A stretch of 64,000 nt of DNA from Trichoplax sp. H2 (Eukaryota), in the NCBI GenBank assembly GCA_003344405.1, contig NOWV01000030.1, forward strand, positions 434,001 through 498,000, read 5' to 3'. This document shows, in pieces, positions 1 to 13,338 of this stretch. Position 1 is the stretch's first letter, and each line of letters begins with the position of its first letter. Made by a program: the position numbers and the translations under genes. A model generated the notes under the pieces. That model was not told where the DNA came from and ran no database searches. It saw nothing but the letters and a program-made list of their open reading frames with translations.

Positions 1-3000
1 CTGTATAAAAATGCAATGTACTATCTACTTCTTTAGATATTTACACATCTAAAGTTGGTACACGATGTTACACTACTCATTTCCCCTTATACAAGTATCT
101 CTTACAATGAGTATTTCTTGACTAGTAGCTTGTATATATTTTTCAGCATAGGTTATTGCAAGAAATGAATGATAGAGTATTAATTTTTTTCTGCTGTAGT
201 TGTGGTACTTTTTTGCTGAGTACTTTATTAACTGAATTTTTAGTGACCTGATGAGCATTGAAGATTTTAAATTAATTCATTCTCCATTTCTACTTTTTTG
301 TTATAAATAATTATGAAACAATTAGTGTATGATATTAGTTAAAATATTACTTCCGGGATGACGATAGTGTTATCGAGTTAATATATATATATAATTATAA
401 TATATGTATTTTAATTCTGTGAATCAGATTAACTAATTATTAGCTTTACGTCAGATGTCTTTTATAGTGATCCGTTTGCGATTATATTGCAATTTCAATT
501 TTATTTCTTTCTGTCTTTGTTAGGCTTAAGATTGTAACGATCTTTATTGCTTGAAAATTTATGCAATAGTTTTGATTTCTGCTAATTTTTGCATGTTTCA
601 CGATCCAGCATGTATATATACAACATGAAGGGTAGTAGTAATTGATGATCGCATACAATTTTGACTGGTGTATATTAAACAACCTATTGAGAAAACAAAG
701 CAAATTAATATGTTAACTAAATGATCTTCTGTTTATTCACCTAAATCGGTGATTCATAATGTTTGTACACATACGTTAAATGATGTATTTACCGAGAAAG
801 AATACTTGGTCTATTGAGAGAGTAATGAAATAAAATTATTCTTAAAATGTAAACTATCTATAAGAAGCTGTGTCACAACCCTCACTTGTGGCAAAGGAAA
901 GTAAAGAACTCTAGTGTAGTTACTTAAAACTTGGGCTATTTCTCCCAGTACTTTCAGTTTCTATGAGAGAAGTATTTGAGAACTCGATTTCTCGGCTGAT
1001 CTCTACAGACAACTGACTAATTATTACACTATTCTTCACGATATGAGTCTTGCCGTTTCTTGAGCAATTACTTACTTTATTCTACAAACACACGCGCTTA
1101 AATAGGTTTCTACAGTGAATTCCAATATTAACGAGTGAGAATTCATGCTTTACAAGTTACATTAATTAGTATAATACCATTACTAAATATACATGTCGAT
1201 ATTCTCAGACTTAGATAGCTACAAGCTATCAGGTGTTAAGACGCTTAACCTTCGTTCATATACAGCTCAATTTTTAGAGATTAACACACCTTATAAACCT
1301 ACGTAAATTAACTGCTAACAACTTCTATTTTTATCTCATTTCTACCATCCTATTATCAGCTACCAGCGCATTAAAACATAGCACATAACCTTATCTTATC
1401 TATTCATAAGCATTCATTAATTTACAGTGACTTAATTAGTAACGGCGTACCGTGGCAAGCTGAAAGACGTTGTACAATATTTTGATCATTTGTAACGTTA
1501 AATATACTACGACGGTAGAGCTTATAAATTTTCAATTACAACTTATCTGAATGGCTATATAAATAAGTTGATGATTAATAGACGCTACATCGTGATTATA
1601 CGAATAATGTAAACGCTAATATCTTACAATTGTATTATAGTATTGATAAACTTTAGTGAGTAGGACAACTCTAATTTAGCAGCTTAGGCAACGTCTACTA
1701 AATCATTTACAATTCCATAAACGTTCTCATGTAATTTATCGATCTGTAGATCAACTGTGGTTAGTGTAAAATCAGATTATAAATCCCAATAATAACATCA
1801 CGTATACGAATTATGATAATATGGGGTAGACTTCGCGACTTTTTCCTTCAAAACTGAATGCGTAACTTTGACATTATAAGCGGATAAGCCATTATTTTAC
1901 TTCCATCATAAGATGGAAATATTAGCTGGAGATGATAAAACGGCCGAGAGATTGGAAAAATTTCGATAGCAATAAATATGAAGGTTTAACAAAGATGTCC
2001 TTATATATAAACTAAACCTAAATGAAAGCTATCAAAGACGAAATTTAAGGCTCATTATATAACAAGACAAGAATCGCATGAATTGATTATATATTAAAAT
2101 ATGGAATAAGCCTGTGATAATAGATATAATTTGTATTACAATGTTAGATAGTGTCCTGAACAGTCAAATCTAGGGAGAATTAAGATAGATAAACTAAGCT
2201 ATTTTTAATTGTCGACTAATTATTTATTTACATTACGAATAATTAGCTCTGTAATGAGTGTATTATGAAGCCTATGATGAAAGTATAGCAGATAAAATTT
2301 TATATTCGCATTAATTATTTACATCAGATATCGAATGAAACTGCTATTGCCATTAATTTGCTATAACATAGGTTAATACCTATCCATGATTTTATCTAGA
2401 GTAACAGTTTGGGCTAAATTTTTTAATTATATGTTATCCTGCAGCATCAAGCAGAAAATTAAAGCTGATAATCCTTGGATTTATCGATGAAATATGATAT
2501 TTCATTAGTATATGATAAAACCGTAAATCGTCTAATCCCATTTTCTAATTTTCTTAGACATTTTACTTAAATTTTATTTACCAGCAATTAGTTTAGTGTA
2601 TAAGTGCGCTGTCTCAGCTATTAGAAAATTTTAATTTCTATTCTGTTAAAAAAATTACTTTTGTTAATTTCCAACTTTAAATGTTTATACAATTATAGGT
2701 ATATGTAATTGGTAACATGATAGGTATTATTATTATTATTTTACTTATTTAAAAAGCTACGTTATTTATAGATTACTTCTTCGCGAATTCCTAGAAATGT
2801 GATATTGAGGTAATGTTAGCATTTGCTTACAGGGTTGATAACACAAGTACTTAAAATTGGTGCAACACGATAATCTCTAGTATGATCAGATTACTTCTGG
2901 ATTTTTTTATTGAATCTATACTCGCGTATGTCTATAATTTCATTTATGTCGAGATACATGGATAATATATAGCTTTATTATCATTTATTTATTTGATTGC

Positions 3001-4884
3001 AATAAACAGATCGTTATTAATAATCTTATTTCATTAAAAAATATTGTATTAAGAAAAAAGGGATAACTTTTTTATTGTAAATTAAATGTCTCATGTTATT
3101 ATTTAAAAGAAGATTAATGTTAGACTTTTTATAGTCAATACAAGTAGAATAAGTTTTTAATACCATCATTACTAGATAAAGATAATCTCTTATTGAAACT
3201 GTTGCTGGTCTAAAACTCATAAGTCATAATGCTATAGCCAATTGAAGCCATTTTACAACTGAATTTCAAATGAGTTAGTATATAAAGTACGCGTATTACG
3301 TCTGAAAGTTGAGTTAATGAACATTATGATTGGAATTGATTATTGCTAAAGAACATTATCACAATCATTTAACTAGATAACGGGGTCGATTAATTATGAT
3401 CAGCTGAAGTTGTTCAAGTTATGACGTCATGATCAAGCCATAAATTGAGATCTAATAATAATAACGATATCATCAGGAAAGTTAACTATATGGAAATAAA
3501 AGCATCAGTAAATTTTTATCAAGTCATTAAGTAAAATTATGAACCTAGATGAGTCAATTTCGTTAGTGCACGTAAGCGTGTTCACTATTTTAAGTTCATT
3601 CTTTTTACTTTTTTCTAAATGTATCTACATGCTGATTGATGGTATTATTTCTTCATGGAAAATTCTAATTAATATTAGAGATAAGATGAAATAAAATATT
3701 ATCCACAAGTATAATAGATATTTTCCTGTAGTAAAATTGACCGCGATCTTAAATGTATTATTATGAGCTCTTATCTAAATCAAATTTCTACTCACAGCTT
3801 GAAGATATTAGTTTTAAATGATATTTTTTAATTAACAATCTACCCGAAACTGCTCAATATTTATTGAAATCGAGGTAAAGACAAGATATTTATGTAATTG
3901 CAGTAACCTATGTTTTCATCTTTTCTTATTCACTTTGGCCAACTTAATTAACGCTTTATCTTAGTAAATACTCTCCTGACATCGCTGCGTGTTATTACTG
4001 CTGCTTAATTATTTCTACCTTTGTTTAAGTGCTAAAATACAAATTGTGCACGAATGTACGTATATAGAGATGAATATTTGCACCATATTTATGTATAGTA
4101 ATGAAGGTGGGCAGATAAATAGGTGTTAAGGAAAAGAAAGATACCATCAATGCAATCTGGAGCTCTTATAGCCTCACAATTTAATTTAATAACTTAATTG
4201 GTGATTACAACTTTGAAAAGAGATCATTAACGAAAGTATTTGGCTTGATACCAAATTAGTCTATTATTTATGGAATGGATCTTCCTATTGACAAGATCAG
4301 TGGCTCTATTGACTCAGTTAATACGTCTGAATATCGTTGAATAGATCCATAACAATTGTCAACTGCATCTTAAATTGTTGTCGATCGTTCCTTAATTAAA
4401 CATTGTTACAGTATTACTGTTTAATTTTCAATAGATGAAATTGCAGAATCATTTCACATTCGATATTTGAATTCACTCACTTACAAATAGAGTAGGCATT
4501 ACATTTATTGGAAGAGTTATACATATTGATTAGTAATTCATACAGATAGGAAAAAGTTAATTGATAATAATTGGACGTCATAGTTTCAATTTCAATATTC
4601 TACTCAAGTGCGTTGACAGGTTAAAGAAAATGGATGTGTCTTGTATACTAAATTATTATATCTCAATGAATAATGATCAACTATTTTTGGTATTGTTTTA
4701 TTACAATAGATTTTAAATAAAAATTCTGAGTTGATACAGCTGGCAAAGAGAAGCTTTTTGCTATATCATTAGTACTGAACTGAGCTTGATTACTGGTAGT
4801 TCGTCAATTATTTGCCATTTGATCATCCTGCCTGCGGCGAACGGCAGATCCTTTCTAGCTTTAGTGGAAAGAAATTTTGTCAAG

Positions 4885-5862
4885 ATGGATTTGGTAAGAT
4901 TTACCTATCTACTGCAGATTAATTGGGTCATCGGGATTACATTATTGTCTTTAGTCATCTTGTTAAATCTTGTGTTAACTGCATTAATATTAGCACGCAA
5001 GAAATTATGGAATTCTTCTAATATCTTACTGTGCAGTAAATTTATCTCCTTGATCGTCTCTGCATTAGTTTCATTCCTGCCTTGGGTAACAGCTACTAAG
5101 GAGAGTCAATGGTTTTATTATCGGACAGGCTTTGCTATGGGTTTAATTGTAAGCCTTCATATTTGCATTATTTTAGGTTATCGTTACATTTCAATTGAGG
5201 CCCCGTTCGCCAGTGAAAGGTATTTAACTGTTAGACGTACTTTACTGGTTCTTTTGGTTATGTGGTGTGTACCACTCTTGGCGACATTAATTCCACTTTT
5301 TGCCGTTGGTAGTTCTAATAGTTCAATTGGAAACGTTAATCAATCTCTTGCACTATCTGGTTCAATGACGAAAGAATCAATCTATATTTACTCAGCGATT
5401 ACAATTTTACTACCTGCAATTGCTATTATTGGTGCTTACGTTCGCATTTATGTTATTATTACTCATAAAATGGCAAACATATGTCTAGAAAAAAACCATC
5501 ATTCCACCATATTACGCCGTAAGAAACGAGTTATATCGCAAATGGCGATGATGACAGGTATATTTATTTTTGCATGGGCTCCTTCAACAGTTTGTGTTAT
5601 CTTAGGATATGAAGCTCCCCAAGTTAATGGCAATTATTCATTCGCTGTCATTAAAGAATATTCTGGCACTATTCTTTTACTCTACGGGATTATCCCTCCA
5701 TTGCTTTACTGCCGCTACACTTCTGATTTAAAATCGGAAATTAAGAAGATATTGGGAATCAACAAACAATCTGCATCGATTATACCCAATCGTACCGTAT
5801 CAACTGGCAATGGCTTAGCCAATTCACCGGTAGACTTGACAAGTTCTAAAAACGAATTATAA
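4885..5862 (+). CDS. Intronless rhodopsin-like (class A) orphan GPCR, about 325 aa
   Basis: Seven hydrophobic segments. TM3 end LGYRYISIEAPF (DRY-like), TM4 W-x-x-P, TM5 P and Y, TM6 FAWAP, TM7 PPLLY, then helix-8-like YTSDLKSEIKKI. The ORF track starts at a TTG (4786); the first ATG is 4885 (MDLVRF). Confidence 0.88.
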   Translation: MDLVRFTYLLQINWVIGITLLSLVILLNLVLTALILARKKLWNSSNILLCSKFISLIVSALVSFLPWVTATKESQWFYYRTGFAMGLIVSLHICIILGYRYISIEAPFASERYLTVRRTLLVLLVMWCVPLLATLIPLFAVGSSNSSIGNVNQSLALSGSMTKESIYIYSAITILLPAIAIIGAYVRIYVIITHKMANICLEKNHHSTILRRKKRVISQMAMMTGIFIFAWAPSTVCVILGYEAPQVNGNYSFAVIKEYSGTILLLYGIIPPLLYCRYTSDLKSEIKKILGINKQSASIIPNRTVSTGNGLANSPVDLTSSKNEL

Positions 5863-8800
5863 ATCTTCATTTCACGCTAATGTTAATAAGTGCTGATAAT
5901 AGTAAAAAAATGATCGATAACAGGTCTAGTTGTTGCCCTGTTTGATTTAATTTAATTCTAGAATCTGTTCAAATTTTTCGTTCCATAGCCAGTTATATCT
6001 AAATTTTTAATGGATAGATATATTATTTAGTTCTGCAATGAGATTAGTTCTTTATCTTTGAAATATCATTACCGTACTCATTTAAGAACTAGGAAATAAC
6101 TAATAATATTGTTTGCATCGTTGGCACGGTCAGTAAAGAGGTCAGTTGGAGGAGTTCTCGAAGGAAAGAAATTAGATGATGATAGTAATAGGATCTTTTT
6201 AAATTATTGGTTCATGATGCAAAATTATTGATTAGTAATCTGAAAAATATATCTGTAATGCGAATAGTTTCGACGAGAAGGCAATATCGCTGCATCAATG
6301 TACATTTGAGACGATTTCTATCTTAAGATGCTGGACAGAAATTCAATTAATTGCCAGAAACTGTCGAATATTGTCAGATTATATTTGGGACTCTATTATC
6401 TAAATGAAATGAGATATGATCCATAATTACCGTAATTCTTTCATATACCATAGTTAAGTTAATTAGTAAGTAATTTAGTTGAAACTGCTTATCTGTGGAT
6501 ATGCGTCTACATATGCCCATTAAAAATTTTACTTTATTTATGACAGTCTTTTAAATTAATTGTTCTCCAATGAAATTATATGAGTGATTCTGATGAATGA
6601 GATGTTATGTTTCTGCTAAACATCATATTTAAATTTTATGTAAGAAATTGTATCTGTAATTAAAAATTTTGTCTTATTAAAGTGAAATTTGACCTATAGT
6701 CTTGGCTAACTGTCTTGAATAAAAGTCAATATTAAAATTAATATGGATTTTATTGCGCTGCACTAAAAGATCTATTTAAGGTGTTATTAATGTAGGACTT
6801 TGTGCCTATCTTGCTAAAATTACTTATAGAGAATTGATTATTGATTTATTTTATTATAGATTCGAGTTAGAATGTGGAAACATTCAAGTAAAATTTCTTA
6901 ATACTGTATATAAACAATGATACCAAAATATTTTAAAGGTTAAGACAGAGGACATCACATAAATATGTAATGGAGTATTTTAATGTATCATTCACTACTA
7001 TTAATTAATTATCAACAGATAAATTTGGCGATTAGTATACTTTTAGAACGTTTAAATTCTATTACATTCTATAAGAGGCGCAGATAATGAAGTAGGAATT
7101 GTCGTCGTAAAGTATTATCCATCAGTACAGATAATCCGAGTATTAAATTATTGTTAAAGTTTCAGCAGGATCTAGTTACTATAATCTTTTGACAAATAAA
7201 AACTCTTTATATCGTAGAGACTAAAGATGTTAGTAATTTCACGCATAAAATTCGATATCTATATCAATTTCTTAATAGCAGATAGACAATAACGTGGCCA
7301 AAATATGCTCAGGATTGCTATAATGTATTATAAATTCCACGCTATGTTATAAGCTCAAAATCTGAACTATAATGTAATTGTGAGAATTATAGAATCAATG
7401 GCGGTAATCGAATTTAATACAATGTTAACGAGATAGCTAGAGTGAAATACATGAATTCTAAGTTATATATGAGCTTGATATTAATCATTTCAAATTTAAA
7501 ATTTATACTATTGAAAAGTTATTGTAATTAAGCTTAATATTAATGAAAACAACCTCTTTCAAGATTATACAGTATATAAATAATTACTAAGTACGTTTTA
7601 TGTATGTATTAGATTATCATCGAATAAATTGGGTATCATTTATAGGCTAAATAATTGCTAAAGCGTAAATGATTTATAGCGGACATGGCTGCTATTAAAT
7701 TAACCTTGATCTCTGCATGATTGGCTGTATAGTATATTTAAAAGATTGCTCAGAACTCTAATTTCCTATAAAGTATACATATGTATATTCTGTCACTAAA
7801 TATATCATCATTATTTTAATTAAAGATAAAATATAATGATAACACCCTATCAAAATAAGTTTGATAGTTATATGATAAAAATCGATAGCAATAAATGTAC
7901 CAAAATATTGTTTTGTATCCATTTACTAATTGTATTTGATTGATTGACTTTACTTGCTTAAGTACAATTGGCAAGTTATTTTGCATACAGTTGCTAATTT
8001 ATAATAGTGATATTTTGTGTTCGCTGATATCTATGGTTAAATATAATCTAGTTTAGATGCTGCGTATAGAAGTGTATCCGGGCAATATGTGTACAATACT
8101 ATTTATTTGTTTTTTCTAATAGATATTTATTTTGATTGGGGTGATAACATATTTATAAGAGTTGACCATTGTCACTTGCCTATACGCTTTAAAATTAGTT
8201 TCATCTTATTCCGCTAAATATTTAAAATTACTTGAATATTAGCCTAATGATAACTCAGTAACTACGGTTTTATTTCCTTTTAAGAGTTAGAAAGATACTG
8301 TGATCATTTGTGTGATATTCTGTCACTCTTTAATTTGCATACTGTATTCAAAGCTGGATACCAATATTTCAAAGATTATAATCTGTTCCAAGCGAATCTA
8401 AAATATTTCAAATTTTTTCCCGAAATGTCCAGATAATCGATGCCATTAGAAAGTCTTTGGCCAAAGCCATTAAAACAATATTAGCGTAGCCGTAAGTAGA
8501 CGCCAATATGTAGAAAGATCATCATCATATATATCAACAATCGACAATTGAATCTGTCTCGTCCCACTTTGTCTGATGTTAATTACAGGACATTACCTAA
8601 TTAAGTTCACTTTTATTTTTACTGGTAGTTTTTCTGTATGAGATTATAGAGTATATCTCAACTTTAGAAGTTACAGCGAACTAAATTTTCCGGGCTTGCT
8701 TTAGATTGAATTATTGCAATCATTTAATGCAAAAATAACTATATGATTTCTAGTAATGTTGTTACCGTGCGATGTAGAGTCTATTAAACTTCAGTTGTTT

Positions 8801-11800
8801 GACAGCTATATTTGCTACATTAAAATAGATTGAGTCAATTTATTGCAAAATGATAATCATAGTAACACGGCCGTATACAGAATATGAGTATATATCTAAT
8901 GAGTTAATAAAATTGTAATTAAAGCATGCAGTACTTAGCATACCATATTACTTAATTATTTCGTCAGTTTCAGCTGAAATTGAATAATTAGAATTTTTTT
9001 CTCTCCTTTTAAACAGATAATTGATGAATGTAAAATTGTTGTTATTATTAATAAGCACTATGTTATTGTCAAATTTTTCTTTTATTACCCGTTATATGCT
9101 GAATATATTACAATACTAGAATATTGGAGCCCTTTTTTATCTGTATCTATGATGAAGATATTTGCCTCTTAATGCCAGTTTTAATTGTTTGAGGCTCTGC
9201 AAAATTAACGTATTTGGTGATTACTGTAAACGTCATTCATGTCAATAGAATCGAGGAACCGCCTGAACCCTGACCGTCTGTAGCTTTGTTTACTAATTTC
9301 TTAATTTTTAGTTTTTGGTATTGTTCTTTAATGTGATGCGATCAAGAAGGCACACAAAGCGCGATGCTATGCAATATTATTTAAGAAAGAATGTGTACTT
9401 AATGTTGAAAGAATTGAAAGTAATTGCTCGATACTGTTTTAGGGTTAATGACTATTGATAAAAAATTTTTCTCAGCATGCTGTACGGTATGTCAGTGTAA
9501 AACCAAGATTTCTAAATAAAAATTTCATAAATGGGGCTACATATTTACATCAAAAAGGAAGACTGTCAGGGCAATATTGCCATTAAATGCTGATGTATCG
9601 ATTACTTGTATATCGACAAGTATTTATTTCTGTAATGAGCTATAGTTTTTATAACATAATTTACGCATAGCTAAGGCCAATACGATTTTCAGATTTCGTT
9701 TAAGAAATTTTGCAGAATATTTCTTGCGTCTGTTACTTTGTATATCATAGATAATGAATCCGTAATGAATCTAAAAGTTTATTTTAATTATCAGAATGAA
9801 ATTAAATCATCTAGCTAAAATTTAGCCGTAAAATTATCAAATTAATAGTAAGTGAATATGTTCATTTCGATCTATACAGCATATGATTATTTTTAACTCT
9901 AGCGTTTTATTCTGGAAATTTTGAAGGGCTCTAGTAATTGATTCATTGTGATTTTACGCAGCCAGCTATGTTTTCATTTAAATTTTTCTCATTTAGTGAG
10001 CTTAAATGTTTGTCTACTGTATACCGTATATCTGAAGAAAATTAAAGCATTCGTTAAATTTTAATTATCAGTGTCTGACCTACTTGTATGAAAATAAACT
10101 AAAATACGAACTGTAAAGGCGTGTTCAAAAAAATTTATTATAATCAACGCTCTAATTGACTGTCGTTAACAGGAGCATTAGGACTAGCTGTTTCTGGTAC
10201 AATTTTTTAGAATTTTATGGCGTAATATATTACTTGGTTAAATTTCTATACGTAGAGAATAAGTATTACCGCTATTTTTGCATGTACTTTGATATGGCAT
10301 CTGTCACGGTACGAACTACCGTGAAGAAATAGCTATCTAAATTTGGTGAATATAATATAGTGATAATATATTACAACTGGTTACTTACAATAGGAAGTAC
10401 TCTAATTATAAATATGTTACAGTAAATTTAATGCTGTGCTGTAATGTGCACTGAAATGATTCTGTGGATGGACATGTTGTAGTCCGACAGTGAAAAATTA
10501 GTTAGTAGATGTTCTCACCTAAGTATTTTTATAAGATGACTCATGAATGTTAGCTGCTGTAGAAGGGTATATAAGCCCGTCAGATAGTTGAATAAAGTAG
10601 TTCTCAATTGTCTAGTCGAGTTTAACGTAGAATCAAAGACGTCTAAATTCTTGTGAGTAGAGATACTGAATCCGCAGATTTTAAAGAAATTTAGAGATTT
10701 ATTTTACGTTATCCTTGTCACGAAGCTGGTTTGTGACAGCATCAAATCAGGTGGGGATTGTTTGTAGAATGTATCGCTGTTTCATTGAAAAGGTATCGGA
10801 TTCATGTCATAGGCTTAGATATCCAAGTAAATAACTACAGTCAATAGAGTGAGTAAAGCCTTACTGATGAATGCATATCTGTAAAATTATTTGCAGGAAT
10901 CGATAATACTAAGCCTGCAAATGAACTTTTTCACTTGAATAGTTCCAGGTTGGGTCGGATTAAATTCTGCATATGGTCTTGATAATGAAAATAAATTTGC
11001 ACGATAATATTAATTTGCTTTCTAGTAGCTTATTAAGTAGGCTTTGTGAGCCAGCAAGAAGTAGATATTATGCAAAACTTATGAAACATACTGGTATTAA
11101 CGAAAATTCTAGCCATACTATTAAACAAAATATATAATTATATAATTTAGACTCTAATTGATAAGTTAATGCATTACCTTACTTAGTTAATCTACTATCT
11201 TTGGATTATAGTATCAAGAATATATCTTAGTTGAATTATAGACGTTAATATGAAATTGGCTACCGTATTATTTGTGAATGTGCCTTCATAAGAATCAGTT
11301 CTTCATACAGTGCATGCTTTATGCGGAAAGATACGTTGAAGAAATATTATCCCGCCTGGATTAGAAATGTTATTTCTTGGATCCCAGTTGAAAAAATTCA
11401 TACTTTGCTATCTGTTAATCAGAATAATCCTCCACATCGTAACAATTTCTGCATCTATAGAGCGCTCAAAGTTATTTCAACTTATTTCAAAGCTGTTGTC
11501 TTACTACATACAGTATAAATACTTGTGTAAGATTTTAGATTTTTAAAGGTAATGCTCTTACACGCTATGACACGGAATTCCTTTTGGTCATAAATTAAAG
11601 ATACTATTTTATTTTCATTTTTAATCTCATTTTGTATGATTTGCGCAGTTTTAAGAATTATAATGCTGCAAGTGTAGCTTTGGCTATCAGTTATACGAAT
11701 AACAATAACAGTTTTTATTTACAGAATTGGCTATAAAATCTACTTCCAATTTAGAAAAGAATGCATTCAAGCTAGTATTGAGTATTTGGTATCCTTTAAA

Positions 11801-12291
11801 ATCTTTAATGAAAGATCTATTGACATTTCTTTTCATTGCTGCAGTCGGCTAGTACCATATATTACTGAGTATAATAACTCGAAGTGACAACAAATCACGG
11901 TACTAACACTTACACGATATTATGTTAAATATTATATTAGGTTATTTTCGATTGAAGACATAAACAAATGTGCATACATAATGAATAACTTCGTAATTAT
12001 TATTTTAAGAGAATTTCGTTAGCAATTCATAAAGACCTCTATCATCAGCCATATATAATGGAGGATATGATATTCAATTATCAAATTTTTGATCGCAGTT
12101 AATTCAAGATAATGAAAGCGATTACATTGTTGCGAAAAGCAAATTCGTTCGACATTATTGTTTTATCGCATTATTATTTATTTTATCTATTTTAATGGTT
12201 GCGTAAACTTGTTATACTTGTATATACGTATATCGTTATTCCCTCGTTGAGTTATAATTTTGGTCATTTTAAGAAATCAGTGATAACATGT

Positions 12292-13338
12292 TCAGTCCGC
12301 AACTGCTGGCAAATTTCCTCTTCTACTTGCCACGAAGAATACTGAAATTTTTTGAGTAAATTCGCTGTTCAAATTCGTTCCAGATCGAGACGATAATGCT
12401 CCAATTCGTCGAGATTTTCCTCTGCCGAATATTTTATTCACTTCAGCTTTTAAGTCACTGGTGTACTTAACATAGAATATTGGCACCGTGATACTGTAGA
12501 TTAGCTGTAAAACAACGCCAATTCGGGAAATAACTAGGGAGAGATTGATTCTATTTTTACGGAGTGCCACTGATGCTATTATCCCTGATACTGGATATGA
12601 GATTACAAAGATAGCAGTTAATGCAACCATTTGATATAAGACTCTTTTCCTATTATAGATAGATGACTTTAAGGTTGTTATTCGGTTACCGTTATTTTCA
12701 ATACGTAACTTTTTTTTCAATGCTATGCAATAAAAACGCGTGTAACAGGATATAATGATGCATGTTGGTATAATACCGACGATGACATGATAAATTTCAA
12801 TGGTAGTTCGGAGCATATTTTTATCGGCTGAAATGTTTTTGCCAAATTCGAAGTTGACATTAAAGATGCATGAAGTTATATTTGGTTTAACATTTGCTTG
12901 AATTACGGAATAGCGTTCAATAAAAGCTGCCATGTAAAAACCGATCGGAATTATCCATATCGCGATCATAATTACGGCTACATTACGAGATGTACATATT
13001 CGTTTATATAGAAATGGTTTTTCTATCGCAAATAATCTGTGTAATGTAATAATGGAAAGGTGTAAGCACGAAATAATACCCATAGCAAAAGCTAGTGAAA
13101 ATAAAAGATTACAGGTGTACCAGTTGGTGTGTAAGCTAAACACGGTGAATAATGGTATGAAGTAGGCGCAAATAGCTATCATATTTAAAATCATGTAACT
13201 TAATATCATGATATTAGACTCATTCTGCAATAAGATTGGTTTACAGACAATAATTAATATTAAAAATAAAGCAACAATAAATGCTACTGCGCTAAGTAAT
13301 AAACCTATAGTAACGATAATAATAATATCAAAAACCAT
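12292..13338 (-). CDS. Intronless rhodopsin-like (class A) orphan GPCR, 348 aa, paralog of the GPCR at 4885
   Basis: Seven hydrophobic segments. WYTC at the TM3 start, TLHRLFAIEKPF at the TM3 end, IWIIP in TM4, an ECL2 Cys (TSCIF), SYP in TM6, VPIFY in TM7, then YTSDLKAEVNKIFG. Confidence 0.9.
   Translation of the reverse strand: MVFDIIIIVTIGLLLSAVAFIVALFLILIIVCKPILLQNESNIMILSYMILNMIAICAYFIPLFTVFSLHTNWYTCNLLFSLAFAMGIISCLHLSIITLHRLFAIEKPFLYKRICTSRNVAVIMIAIWIIPIGFYMAAFIERYSVIQANVKPNITSCIFNVNFEFGKNISADKNMLRTTIEIYHVIVGIIPTCIIISCYTRFYCIALKKKLRIENNGNRITTLKSSIYNRKRVLYQMVALTAIFVISYPVSGIIASVALRKNRINLSLVISRIGVVLQLIYSITVPIFYVKYTSDLKAEVNKIFGRGKSRRIGALSSRSGTNLNSEFTQKISVFFVASRRGNLPAVAD

Noticed and set aside
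73..3220. Short minus-strand ORFs at 73, 482 and 3026
   Set aside because: Their composition is typical of random AT-rich ORFs and they show no recognisable motifs.
4786..4884. 33-aa N-terminal extension of the first GPCR
   Set aside because: It depends on a TTG start. The first ATG at 4885 gives an N-terminus similar in length to the paralog's.
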